This document shows positions 40,236-49,200 of a stretch of DNA of 51,019 nucleotides, piece after piece. The position numbers and the translations under genes were made by a program. The notes under the pieces were generated by a model that was not told the DNA's origin, ran no database searches, and was given only the letters and a program-made list of their open reading frames with translations. How positions within the stretch are numbered: the first letter of the stretch is position 1; each line of letters opens with the position of its first letter. Source of the DNA: an uncultured Acholeplasmataceae bacterium (GTDB lineage: Bacteria > Bacillota_I > Bacilli_A > Acholeplasmatales > Acholeplasmataceae); the NCBI GenBank assembly GCA_963541405.1, contig CAUTSX010000001.1, positions 1 through 51,019 of the forward strand, written 5' to 3'.

Positions 40236-40630
40236 AAAAAGAATTCTATTTCTTCTGCTAATTTTATTTTTTTAAGAATAGTATTTTTGGATATGGGAAT
40301 AGATATAACCGTATCATCTAAAAATGTAATTTCACTTTCTTTTACACAATCTTTTATTTCTTTGATTGCCTTGATGTTGATCAACTGACACTCATATTTA
40401 TTGATTTGTTTTGTTTGAATAAAACAAGTTTTTGAATTTAAATAAACAGGTGTTAGTCTGCTAAGTTTAAACTTTTTATCAACTGCTTTTTTATATCCTG
40501 AATAATTTGTTAAATTATTTTGAAGTAAAGTATCTATAAATTTTTTATTTGTGATAAAAAGCTGTTCAGGAACTTGACCTAGTTTATGTACATAAAGTGA
40601 ATTTTTAACATTTTTAGTATATTTATACAT
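40223..40630 (-). CDS. ComK-family protein (short form)
   Basis: NYSGYKKAVDKKFKLSRLTPVYLNSKTCFIQTK...ECQLINIKAIKEIK...EITFLDDTVISIPIS aligns by eye with the B. subtilis ComK core (SSYAGRKAGTYEVTKISHKPPIMV...FLFPT...WI...EVTFSNGKTMELPIS). The ATG overlaps the sufB TGA. Confidence 0.55.
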   Translation of the reverse strand: MYKYTKNVKNSLYVHKLGQVPEQLFITNKKFIDTLLQNNLTNYSGYKKAVDKKFKLSRLTPVYLNSKTCFIQTKQINKYECQLINIKAIKEIKDCVKESEITFLDDTVISIPISKNTILKKIKLAEEIEFFLKKC

Positions 40631-42063
40631 CAACCAATAGAACCCTTCATTTCTAGTTTAATTAGCTTGTTTAACTCAACACTGTACTCCATCGGCAATT
40701 CTTTGGAAAATGGGTCAATAAAGCCCATAATGATAAGTTCAGTTGCTTTCTTTTCATCAATTCCACGAGACATTAAATAAAACAATTGTTCTTCGCTAAT
40801 TTTGGAAACCTTTGCCTCGTGTTCTAAAAAAGAGTCTGAGTTATTAACAATGTTAATTGGAGTAGTGTCTGATTTTGAAACTTCGTCCATTAAAATAGTA
40901 TCGCATTCAATGTGAGAAAAAGCAGAGTGTGCTTTTTTAGAAAAGTAAACTTTCCCACGATAATCAACAATCCCGCCGTTTTTTGCTACACTTTTAGAAA
41001 CTATAGTTGAAGAAGTGTTTGGTGCTAAGTGTATCATTTTTGCACCAGTATCCTGGTCTTGACCTTCGCTGGCAATAGCAATAGACAAAGCCTTTCCTTT
41101 AGCGTAAGGTCCCGCTAGAATAGTTGATGGGTATTTCATGTTGATACGTGAACCCATATTGCCATCAATCCACTCCATCTCACCGAAACTCTCAACGTAC
41201 GCTCTTTGGGTAACTAAGTTTAAGATGTTTTTAGACCAGTTTTGAATTGTTGTGTATCTGCATTTTGCGTTTGGTTTTACAAAAATTTCAACAACCGCTG
41301 CGTGCAGCGAATCTTTTGAGTAAAGTGGTGCCGTGCAACCTTCTACGTAGTTTAAGTAGCTATAGTCTTCACAAATTATCAAAGTACGTTCAAATTGCCC
41401 AAACCCGCTTTCGTTCATTCTAAAATAAGACTGCAGCGGTTCCTTGATTTCTACGTTTTTTGGAACATAGATAAAAGAACCTCCACTCCAAACCGCTGTG
41501 TTTAAAGCAGCATATTTGTTGTCGTCATATTTAATAATTTTGCCGAAATACTCTTTAAAAATTTCTGGAAACAAACGTAGGCCTGTATCTGTATCTAAAT
41601 AAATCACACCCTTTGCTTCAAGGTCTTTTTTAATTTTAAGATAAACCGCTTCTGACTCAAATTGCGTAGTGACACCCGCTAAATAACTGCGCTCAGCCTC
41701 AGGTATACCGATTTTTTCAAACACAGTTTTAATTTCAAGTGGCACTTCATCCCAAGAATTAGTTAGCTTACTTGATTTAATGTAGTATTTAAAATCTTGA
41801 AAATCAATAAAATTCAAGTCAGGACCCCACTTAGGATTGGTTAGTTCCAAAAACTTTTCAAACGCTTTTAGTCTGAGTTCAAGCATCCAAAATGGTTCAT
41901 TTTTAGATTCAGATATTTTTTTGATTATCTCTTTATTAAGCCCTTTTCCAAGATTGATTTCAGGTTTTGTCTCTACATGAAAACCAAGTTCATAGTCTTG
42001 ATTTATTGCTGTATCTTTTAAGTTATCTAGAACTTCTTTATTTTTAATTTCTCTTTTTTTCAT
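40630..42063 (-). CDS. sufB: Fe-S cluster assembly protein SufB
   Basis: Length and motifs (YLAGVTTQFESEAVY, FERTLIICED). Operon context. Confidence 0.94.
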   Translation of the reverse strand: MKKREIKNKEVLDNLKDTAINQDYELGFHVETKPEINLGKGLNKEIIKKISESKNEPFWMLELRLKAFEKFLELTNPKWGPDLNFIDFQDFKYYIKSSKLTNSWDEVPLEIKTVFEKIGIPEAERSYLAGVTTQFESEAVYLKIKKDLEAKGVIYLDTDTGLRLFPEIFKEYFGKIIKYDDNKYAALNTAVWSGGSFIYVPKNVEIKEPLQSYFRMNESGFGQFERTLIICEDYSYLNYVEGCTAPLYSKDSLHAAVVEIFVKPNAKCRYTTIQNWSKNILNLVTQRAYVESFGEMEWIDGNMGSRINMKYPSTILAGPYAKGKALSIAIASEGQDQDTGAKMIHLAPNTSSTIVSKSVAKNGGIVDYRGKVYFSKKAHSAFSHIECDTILMDEVSKSDTTPINIVNNSDSFLEHEAKVSKISEEQLFYLMSRGIDEKKATELIIMGFIDPFSKELPMEYSVELNKLIKLEMKGSIG

Positions 42064-42491
42064 AAAGTATTTAAGATTTCTTCAAGAGCTTTCCAAGCAA
42101 GTGTTGCACATCTTACTCTTGCAGGAAATGCTTTAACACCAGAAAAAGCAATAAGTTCACTGTTTGCAAAACCTGGTGAAATCTCTTCTCCTTTAACGAT
42201 TTTAAAATAAGCAGAAATTACTTCTTTAGCATCTTTAACTTCAGTATTTTCAATAGTTTTACAAAGCACAGATGCAGCAGCACAAGAAATTGAGCAACCT
42301 TTTGAAAGATGTCTAACTGAAGTTATTTTACTGTCTTTTAGCATAACTTCAATTTCTGCAATATCACCGCAACTTGAGTTTACTAATTTTAAGTATTTGG
42401 CTTCTGGTTTTTTTTTAAGCCCTTTATTGTAAGGATTGCTTGAGTGAAACATAATAACTTCTCTGTATAAATTATTCAGTTGAACGCTCAT
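42060..42491 (-). CDS. sufU: SUF-type Fe-S scaffold SufU
   Basis: NPYNKG, NSSCGD and GCSISCAAAS motifs. ATG at 42491 follows an AAGGAG RBS. Confidence 0.9.
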   Translation of the reverse strand: MSVQLNNLYREVIMFHSSNPYNKGLKKKPEAKYLKLVNSSCGDIAEIEVMLKDSKITSVRHLSKGCSISCAAASVLCKTIENTEVKDAKEVISAYFKIVKGEEISPGFANSELIAFSGVKAFPARVRCATLAWKALEEILNTL

Positions 42492-42492
42492 T

Positions 42493-43689
42493 TTAAACTC
42501 CTTGGAAAAATTCAATTAGTTTCTTAGTGGCATAAATAAATTTACACACATCTTTTTTATTATTATAAATCCCAAAAGACACACGAAGCGCACTTTCTAC
42601 ATCTAAATTTGTAAATGCCAAACCTGAGCAATGTTGTCCTGCTCTCAGACAAATTTTTTCCTGATCGTAAAAAGTTAAAGCATCGTGTGGATGTACACCT
42701 TTGATATTAAAAGAAATAATTCCACTTTCAGGCACTTTGGTATACAATTCAACTTCATTAATTTTGCTAAGTTCACTGTAAGTAAGGTCTGTGAGTTCTT
42801 TTTCGTGCTTTTCTACATTTCGCATACCAATATCCATTAAAAACTTTAAACTTTCTTTAAAAGAAATTGCTTGACTGATTGCTGGGGTTCCTGCTTCTAA
42901 ATTAGTAGGAGCGGGGTTGTAAATGATTTCTTTTTCACTAATACTTTCCCCCATTTGTCCACCATACTCAAAAGCATTTAGTTTTCTTAGGCTATTTAAT
43001 TTACCGGCAAGCATACCAAGACCATTTGGCCCATATGTTTTGTGAGCTGAAAACACCAAGAAATCACAATTTAGTGCTTGCATATCTATCTTAATTCTTG
43101 AAGCAGCCTGTGCAGCATCTACAATTAAAATAATACCTTTGTCACTGCAAATCTCTGCAATTTCTTTAATTGGAGTGACATAACCAAAAACATTTGAAAT
43201 ATAGGTAAGAGAAACTACTTTGGTTTTTTCAGTTAGCGCTTTTTTAAAGTTCTCAACTGTAATTTGTTTATTTTCGTTTAGTTTAATATATTTGATTTTA
43301 AAACCAACTTTTTTACTTTGTTCAAAAAAAGGCAAAAAATTAGCATTGTGCTCTAAAGTTGATGTTAGAAACTCATCATCTTTTTGAATAAAATTAGCTA
43401 TAGAATTTGCAATTAAATTAAGCCCATTTGTGCTACCTTTTGTGTAGATGATTTCTTTATCTGAGCAATTCAAAAATTCAGCAACTGTTTTTTTACTTTC
43501 AAGATAAAGTTCAGTTGCCGCGAAACCATGTAGGTATGCACCTCTAAAAACATTAGTACCGTTCTTTTTTAAAAAGTCAGTTTCTGCCTTAATCTGTTTG
43601 TTTAGTTTAAGTGCAGTAGCAGCTGTATCAAGATAAACGTAACCTGGATTATTTTTAAAAAAGGGAAAGTATTTTCTTACCGATCTCAT
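42493..43689 (-). CDS. sufS: Cysteine desulfurase SufS
   Basis: PLP-enzyme motifs (FSAHKTYGPNGLG, RAGQHC). Confidence 0.93.
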   Translation of the reverse strand: MRSVRKYFPFFKNNPGYVYLDTAATALKLNKQIKAETDFLKKNGTNVFRGAYLHGFAATELYLESKKTVAEFLNCSDKEIIYTKGSTNGLNLIANSIANFIQKDDEFLTSTLEHNANFLPFFEQSKKVGFKIKYIKLNENKQITVENFKKALTEKTKVVSLTYISNVFGYVTPIKEIAEICSDKGIILIVDAAQAASRIKIDMQALNCDFLVFSAHKTYGPNGLGMLAGKLNSLRKLNAFEYGGQMGESISEKEIIYNPAPTNLEAGTPAISQAISFKESLKFLMDIGMRNVEKHEKELTDLTYSELSKINEVELYTKVPESGIISFNIKGVHPHDALTFYDQEKICLRAGQHCSGLAFTNLDVESALRVSFGIYNNKKDVCKFIYATKKLIEFFQGV

Positions 43690-44408
43690 AATTTTCCACT
43701 CAATTCTTTTAGGTAATTTTCTTGTATTTTTTTATCTGGTATAATATTGAAAAAAGGCTCAACAAACCCATTTAAGATAATTCTTTCGGCAGTGTTTTTG
43801 TCAATTCCTCTTGAATTTAAATAAAACAAAGTATCGGCATTAATGTTGCCACTCGCTGCAGAATGTCCTGCTTCCACATCAAACTCTTTAATTTCAAGAA
43901 TAGGATTTAATTCCATTTTTGCGCTGTCCTTAATGAAACCTTTTAGTTTCTCAAAATGTTTTGATTTAGCCATTTTGTTTTCAATCTGACCTACGTAATT
44001 TAGTCTAATATACGATTCTTGGGTTGCAACTGCTAAACCAGAAGTGTAGATTTCTGAGTTTTTTGCTCGGTTAGTTGCAGTTAAATCAACATCTACTACT
44101 TGTGTTTTATTTGTAACGGTTAGCAAATTAAATTGTAGTTTTGATTTAATGCCTGTAGTATTTAGATTGATTTTTGTTTTTAGGTTATCCGAAACTAAAA
44201 ACAAGTGAATTAAAATATCTGCTTTTTCTGCTAAATTAACAATAAAATCTAGAGTTCCTGCGCTTTTTAATTCAATAAACACAGTTCCAGTTAAATTAGC
44301 ACCGAATTCTAGTTCAACAAATGAAACGTCTTTAATTTCAAGATGCTTAAATCCAAAAGGGCTGTTAAAAACAGTTTTAATTTTTTTTAAATTATTTATG
44401 CTCTTCAT
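43686..44408 (-). CDS. sufD: SufD-like protein, short (240 aa)
   Basis: Position between sufC and sufS. The C-terminal FYLNSRGIDKNTAERIILNGF resembles the SufB/SufD C-terminus. Confidence 0.75.
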   Translation of the reverse strand: MKSINNLKKIKTVFNSPFGFKHLEIKDVSFVELEFGANLTGTVFIELKSAGTLDFIVNLAEKADILIHLFLVSDNLKTKINLNTTGIKSKLQFNLLTVTNKTQVVDVDLTATNRAKNSEIYTSGLAVATQESYIRLNYVGQIENKMAKSKHFEKLKGFIKDSAKMELNPILEIKEFDVEAGHSAASGNINADTLFYLNSRGIDKNTAERIILNGFVEPFFNIIPDKKIQENYLKELSGKL

Positions 44409-45138
44409 TTAACCAAGCATAGCCTTCTTTGTTAATTTTTTCAATTAGGGTAGCATCACCTGTCTTTACAATTTTGCCATTAAGTAAAACGTGAACAAAG
44501 TCCGGTTTAATGTGTTTTAAAATACGCTCGTAGTGAGTAACGATAATTACGCCCAAATTGTTAGTTTTAACTTCTTCTAAAACAGCCTTACCGACACATT
44601 CTAAAGCATCTACATCAAGACCTGAATCTATTTCGTCAAGTAGTGCAAACTTAGGTTTTAAGACTTTTAGTTGAATAATTTCATTGCGTTTTTTCTCACC
44701 ACCTGAAAACCCAACGTTTGCTTCTCTAAACACAAACTCTTTGCCTAGTCCTAGTTCTTGTGTGGCTTTCTCAACTTCAGTAATGAAGTCAAAGAGTTTG
44801 AAGCCTTTTTGAGTTTTTTGTAGAACAACTTCTCTTAAAATATCTACATTTTTAACGCCAGGTATTTCGGTAGGAGTTTGAAACGCCAAAAAAAGCCCAG
44901 AGCGGCTACGCTCGTCTGTAGGCATCTCAAGTATGTTTTGTTGATTTAAATAAACTTCACCGCTTTCAACTCTATACAAAGGATGTCCTATTAAGGAAGT
45001 CAAAAGTGTAGATTTGCCAGTTCCGTTTGGTCCCATTATGACGTGTACTTCTCCGCTTTTAACTTCTAGAGAAATGTTTTTAAGAATTTGTTTATCTTCA
45101 ATTGAAACTGAATAATTTTTTATTCTAAGTGTGTTCAT
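44392..45138 (-). CDS. sufC: Fe-S cluster assembly ATPase SufC
   Basis: GPNGTGKST, FSGGEKKRNEI and LLDEIDSGLD motifs. Confidence 0.95.
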   Translation of the reverse strand: MNTLRIKNYSVSIEDKQILKNISLEVKSGEVHVIMGPNGTGKSTLLTSLIGHPLYRVESGEVYLNQQNILEMPTDERSRSGLFLAFQTPTEIPGVKNVDILREVVLQKTQKGFKLFDFITEVEKATQELGLGKEFVFREANVGFSGGEKKRNEIIQLKVLKPKFALLDEIDSGLDVDALECVGKAVLEEVKTNNLGVIIVTHYERILKHIKPDFVHVLLNGKIVKTGDATLIEKINKEGYAWLNEEHK

Positions 45139-45139
45139 T

Positions 45140-45718
45140 TCATAACCTCACGATTTTTTGTTTCAAGACTCTTGTGCCTGAATTTTTAATCCCTTGGCGA
45201 ATTCTAGCCAACAAATTATAAACTCTTTTAATTAAAAAACCTGTTTGTTTAGCGATTTCGCTTGGTTTAAGACCTTTTATAGTAAGTGAGTAAACTAGCG
45301 CTAAATCTTTGTTTTTAAACTGAATTTCGGCAACTTCAGGTTTTTCTTTTTTGTATGAATACTGTTCCATATTATCGCTTACTAAAAGTACATTATCGAT
45401 TATTTCGTGGTCTATATTGGTAATGTGTTGTGCTTTTTTGTAGGCACTTTTAAGTTCTCTAGAAAGTCGTCTTAAGTAAATTAGTTCAAAAAAACGCATC
45501 AAAGTTTTGTTAAAAAGTTCTGAGTAACTTTCAATGGCGGTTTTAAGTGAAACTAAGCCAAGATGCACTAAGTCCTCTAAAGATAGGCTGTAGTTGCGTT
45601 TGCTTAAGGCTACTTTGTAGATAAAGGCTTTGTATTTGTCAAAAATGATTTTTAAACTGGTTTGGTCATAATGACACTGAACTAAATAAATGAGTTCATA
45701 GTCATTATAGTTAATCAT
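45140..45718 (-). CDS. Sigma-70-family alternative sigma factor, SigH-like
   Basis: Region 2-like N-terminus aligns by eye with B. subtilis SigH (KYRNFV...EDIVQEGMIGLYKSI). C-terminal HTH (KPSEIAKQTGFLIKRVYNLLARIR). Sits after rlmB as sigH does in Bacillus. Confidence 0.6.
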   Translation of the reverse strand: MINYNDYELIYLVQCHYDQTSLKIIFDKYKAFIYKVALSKRNYSLSLEDLVHLGLVSLKTAIESYSELFNKTLMRFFELIYLRRLSRELKSAYKKAQHITNIDHEIIDNVLLVSDNMEQYSYKKEKPEVAEIQFKNKDLALVYSLTIKGLKPSEIAKQTGFLIKRVYNLLARIRQGIKNSGTRVLKQKIVRL

Positions 45719-45719
45719 T

Positions 45720-46418
45720 TTAATCCTTTCTAGTCATTTCGTTCATCACTATCGCACCAGCAACAGATACGTTTAGTGAGTTTATTTTGCCAATCATTGG
45801 AATGGTCACAGAATCATCAGAAAGCGAAATTAGGTTTTTTCTGACACCTAGTCCTTCATTTCCAAGAATTACTGCAATTTTGTCTTCTGCTTTTAAGCAA
45901 GTAACTGACTTATTTGTATTTAAAGTAGTAGCAAAGACTTTAAAATTATTTTCTTTTAGAGTTTCAATGGCTTTTGAAATACTTTTCACCATTGAAATTC
46001 GAACTTTAATTGCAGCACCTGCTGACACTTTTAAGACAGTTGGTGTTACTTTAACTTGTTCTCTACTTGAAATTACAATTGTGTCAATTCCGAAGGCCTC
46101 TGCGCTTCTTAGTAAAGCACCGAGGTTATGTGGATCTTGAATTGCATCTAAGATAATTATTTTTTTAATATCTTTTTCAAGCAGTTCTGCTAACTCAAAA
46201 TATTTATAGTTACTTGCATTAACAGCAATACCTTGGTTGTCTTTAGTGTTAGTTAATTTAAATAAGCGTTCTTTTGCAACTCTTTCAATTTTGGAGTTAT
46301 GTTGATTTAAAAACTCCAAAAACTTTTGGTCTGAAAACTTTTCATCTAAATAAACGTTGAATATCGGAAAGTGATTTAAAATCATTTCTTTAACAACATT
46401 TTTGCCAAAGTAAATCAT
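45720..46418 (-). CDS. rlmB: 23S rRNA 2-prime-O-methyltransferase (SpoU/TrmH), RlmB-like
   Basis: DAIQDPHNLGALLRSAEAFG, LGNEGLGV and SLNVSVAGAI motifs. Confidence 0.88.
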   Translation of the reverse strand: MIYFGKNVVKEMILNHFPIFNVYLDEKFSDQKFLEFLNQHNSKIERVAKERLFKLTNTKDNQGIAVNASNYKYFELAELLEKDIKKIIILDAIQDPHNLGALLRSAEAFGIDTIVISSREQVKVTPTVLKVSAGAAIKVRISMVKSISKAIETLKENNFKVFATTLNTNKSVTCLKAEDKIAVILGNEGLGVRKNLISLSDDSVTIPMIGKINSLNVSVAGAIVMNEMTRKD

Positions 46419-49183
46419 TTTTTGCTGTCTTCCGGTAAGTTATTGGAATCTCTAAAGAACACAATTGCGTTGTGGATTCCTTTTTTAGTCCAAGCAACAA
46501 TGTTGGTAAACAGATACATTAGCGGCCATCCTGCTTGCAGTAGTATAACTAGCAGCAGCAACTCTTGGATATTTAATGCATTTCCACTATAGTAGCCAAC
46601 TTTAAAGATTGGAGCGATTGCAAAGAATTCAGACATAAAAGTGACTAGCACGATGAAAATAGAAATCATTGTTGTTACTAGCATTCCACGCTTGAAGTTC
46701 ATCGGTAGACAAATTTTGTGCAGAGTAATTAAACAAATTGTAGTTGCACTGTAAACAATTAAGGTTGGAATAACTCTTTCATGACCTTGCGCGGTTAAGT
46801 TTAGAGTTTTGCTTAAACTATAAATCAAGACACATTCTAAAATTATCGTCAAAGCGCTCGGCATCGATTTTTTAATAATACTCCACAGGAAGTTATCTTT
46901 TTTAATTTCACTGTTGTTGTATTCAAGTGCCAAGAAAAAGGAAGGAATGCCTATTGCTAAACTTTCAATTGGAACTAGCTGGATTGGTTCAAGTGGATAT
47001 GCACCTCTTTTAGCAGCTGCTAAGTAAATTGCAATTAAAGAAAGTACCACAGAAAAAATAGTTTTAGTAATAAACAAGGTAGTCACTTTTTCAATGTTGT
47101 TAATAACTCGGCGGCCTTCTGCAACAATTTTTGGCATTGAGGAGAAGTTTGAGTCCATCAAAACCACTTCAGCGACGTTTCTAGCAGCCTCAGAACCCTC
47201 AGCCATAGCAATAGAAGTATCGGCTTCGCGTAGGGCCAAAATGTCGTTGACACCGTCTCCGGTCATTGCCACAGTTTTACCTTTTTTCTTAAGGGCTTGA
47301 ACTAGCAGACGTTTTTGAGTTGGATTAACTCGGCCAAAAATAGTGTATTCTGTACAAATATTTTCAATTTCTTCGTCTTTGACGTTTTCAAGTGAGATGT
47401 ATTTGTTGTAGTTTTCGATTTCAACGCGCTCAGCGATTCTTGAAACTGTAAGCGGGTTGTCACCAGAAATTACTTTAATGTCGACACCCATAGTTTTGAA
47501 AAACTTAATAGTGTCAAGTGCGTCTGTTCTAATTGTATCTTCAATTACAATTAAAGATAGTGGAGAAACATCTTGTGGGATTTTGTCGCCAAGTGGTGTT
47601 TTTGTGTAGCCAAATACAAGCACTCTGAAACCTTCTAAGATATATCTTTCTACATTGTCGTTAATCTGTTTAAACTTAGATTTAATGATGTATTCAGGTG
47701 CACCTAAATAAAAGGTACCAACTTGTTCAAACTCAATCGCAGAGTATTTGCGACTACTTGAAAAAGGAATATAGGCGTTGTGTTTTAAAGCAAAGTTATT
47801 GCCAAAACGTTCAATTAAAGCAGAGTTAGTTGGGTTGTCTGAGTTGTCAATATTTAAAAAAGCCTGTAGTAGCTGTTCATTTGAATACATTGACTCAGTT
47901 TGATTAAAGTCCAACGACATTTTTACAGTCATTGAACCATCGGTGATTGTTCCAGTTTTATCTAAACAAAGCACGTTAATGCGAGCCAGAGTTTCGATAC
48001 AGTATAAGTTGTGAACCAATGTGTTGTGTTTTGCAAGACGAAGAACACCAACAGACAAGGCCACAGATGTTAGCAGAAATAAACCAGTTGGAACCATTCC
48101 AACCATCGCGCCTGCTGTTTTTTCAACTGCGCTTTTATAAACTGCTGAATTGCTAAGGTCTAAATGATTTGTAGAAAAGTAAAATAAAGTAAAGCCGATT
48201 GGAATAATTAAGACAGTTAAGATAGTAATTAGCAGTTTAAGCGATTTAAGTAGTTCAGATTTGTTTTTCTTAACTTTTCTAACTTGACTAGTTAATTTTT
48301 CAATATATACGTTTTTACCAACTGCCACAACTTGGGCAACACCAGTTCCGGAAACTACGAAACTTCCGGCGTAAAGTGCAGCTTTTTTGTCTTTAACGAT
48401 AGCGTCAGATTCACCGGTCAATAAAGCCTCGTTAACTTCAAGCCCACCGTCTGAAACTAACACACAGTCACACGGAATTTGCCTACCTGGTTTTAAAATA
48501 ATTAAATCATCTAAAACAATTTCTTTAGATTTAATTTCTTTTTGACTACCTTCTCTTAAAACAGTAATTGTAGGTTGTTGCAAGATAGTTAATTTTTCAA
48601 TAGTTAATTTTGCTTTAATTTCTTGCACAATACCAATTACAACGTTAATGGTAGTTACGACTAAGAACACTAAGTTTTGGGGTTTTGCGCCGACTGTAAT
48701 TAACCAAACTGCAAGCGGGTACATGATTAAGTTAAACAGTGTAAAGATGTTAGTAAAGAAAATCGCAAAATAACTTTTTGAGGTCTTGGTTTTGGAGTTG
48801 TTAGCCATCCCGAGGATTCGCCTGTTTTCCGCTTCTTGGTCGGTTAAACCAGTTTCAACATTTGGGTTGTAGCGAACGACTTTAATTTCTTTTTTGCGAG
48901 GTCTTTTTACTTTCTTTTCTTTGGGTTTGATTTCTGCGTAGCGTTGTTTTAGTTCATCGGGAATTTCGTGTAGTTCTGTGCTTTCTTCAACAATGGTCAC
49001 AGTTTTTTTAATCAAACCCTTTTTACCTTGTTTTAGCTTACTTAAGTTTTTTGCTTTATTATCCAAACCAGTTTTTTCGCTTTCTATAACTTCTTTAGCT
49101 GTGTTTTCTTTTGCATCCAAATCAGGTTCTCTTTTGATTTCAGTTTCTACTTGAGTCTTTTCGACTTTTTTGTTTTTTTCCAT
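46415..49183 (-). CDS. Cation-translocating P-type ATPase with a Lys/Glu-rich N-terminal extension
   Basis: TGESD, CLDKTGTIT and MTGDGVNDILAL motifs, about 10 TM segments. The first ~110 aa are low-complexity K/E-rich. Confidence 0.9.
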   Translation of the reverse strand: MEKNKKVEKTQVETEIKREPDLDAKENTAKEVIESEKTGLDNKAKNLSKLKQGKKGLIKKTVTIVEESTELHEIPDELKQRYAEIKPKEKKVKRPRKKEIKVVRYNPNVETGLTDQEAENRRILGMANNSKTKTSKSYFAIFFTNIFTLFNLIMYPLAVWLITVGAKPQNLVFLVVTTINVVIGIVQEIKAKLTIEKLTILQQPTITVLREGSQKEIKSKEIVLDDLIILKPGRQIPCDCVLVSDGGLEVNEALLTGESDAIVKDKKAALYAGSFVVSGTGVAQVVAVGKNVYIEKLTSQVRKVKKNKSELLKSLKLLITILTVLIIPIGFTLFYFSTNHLDLSNSAVYKSAVEKTAGAMVGMVPTGLFLLTSVALSVGVLRLAKHNTLVHNLYCIETLARINVLCLDKTGTITDGSMTVKMSLDFNQTESMYSNEQLLQAFLNIDNSDNPTNSALIERFGNNFALKHNAYIPFSSSRKYSAIEFEQVGTFYLGAPEYIIKSKFKQINDNVERYILEGFRVLVFGYTKTPLGDKIPQDVSPLSLIVIEDTIRTDALDTIKFFKTMGVDIKVISGDNPLTVSRIAERVEIENYNKYISLENVKDEEIENICTEYTIFGRVNPTQKRLLVQALKKKGKTVAMTGDGVNDILALREADTSIAMAEGSEAARNVAEVVLMDSNFSSMPKIVAEGRRVINNIEKVTTLFITKTIFSVVLSLIAIYLAAAKRGAYPLEPIQLVPIESLAIGIPSFFLALEYNNSEIKKDNFLWSIIKKSMPSALTIILECVLIYSLSKTLNLTAQGHERVIPTLIVYSATTICLITLHKICLPMNFKRGMLVTTMISIFIVLVTFMSEFFAIAPIFKVGYYSGNALNIQELLLLVILLQAGWPLMYLFTNIVAWTKKGIHNAIVFFRDSNNLPEDSKK

Positions 49184-49200
49184 AGTGTCCTCTCAGTTAG

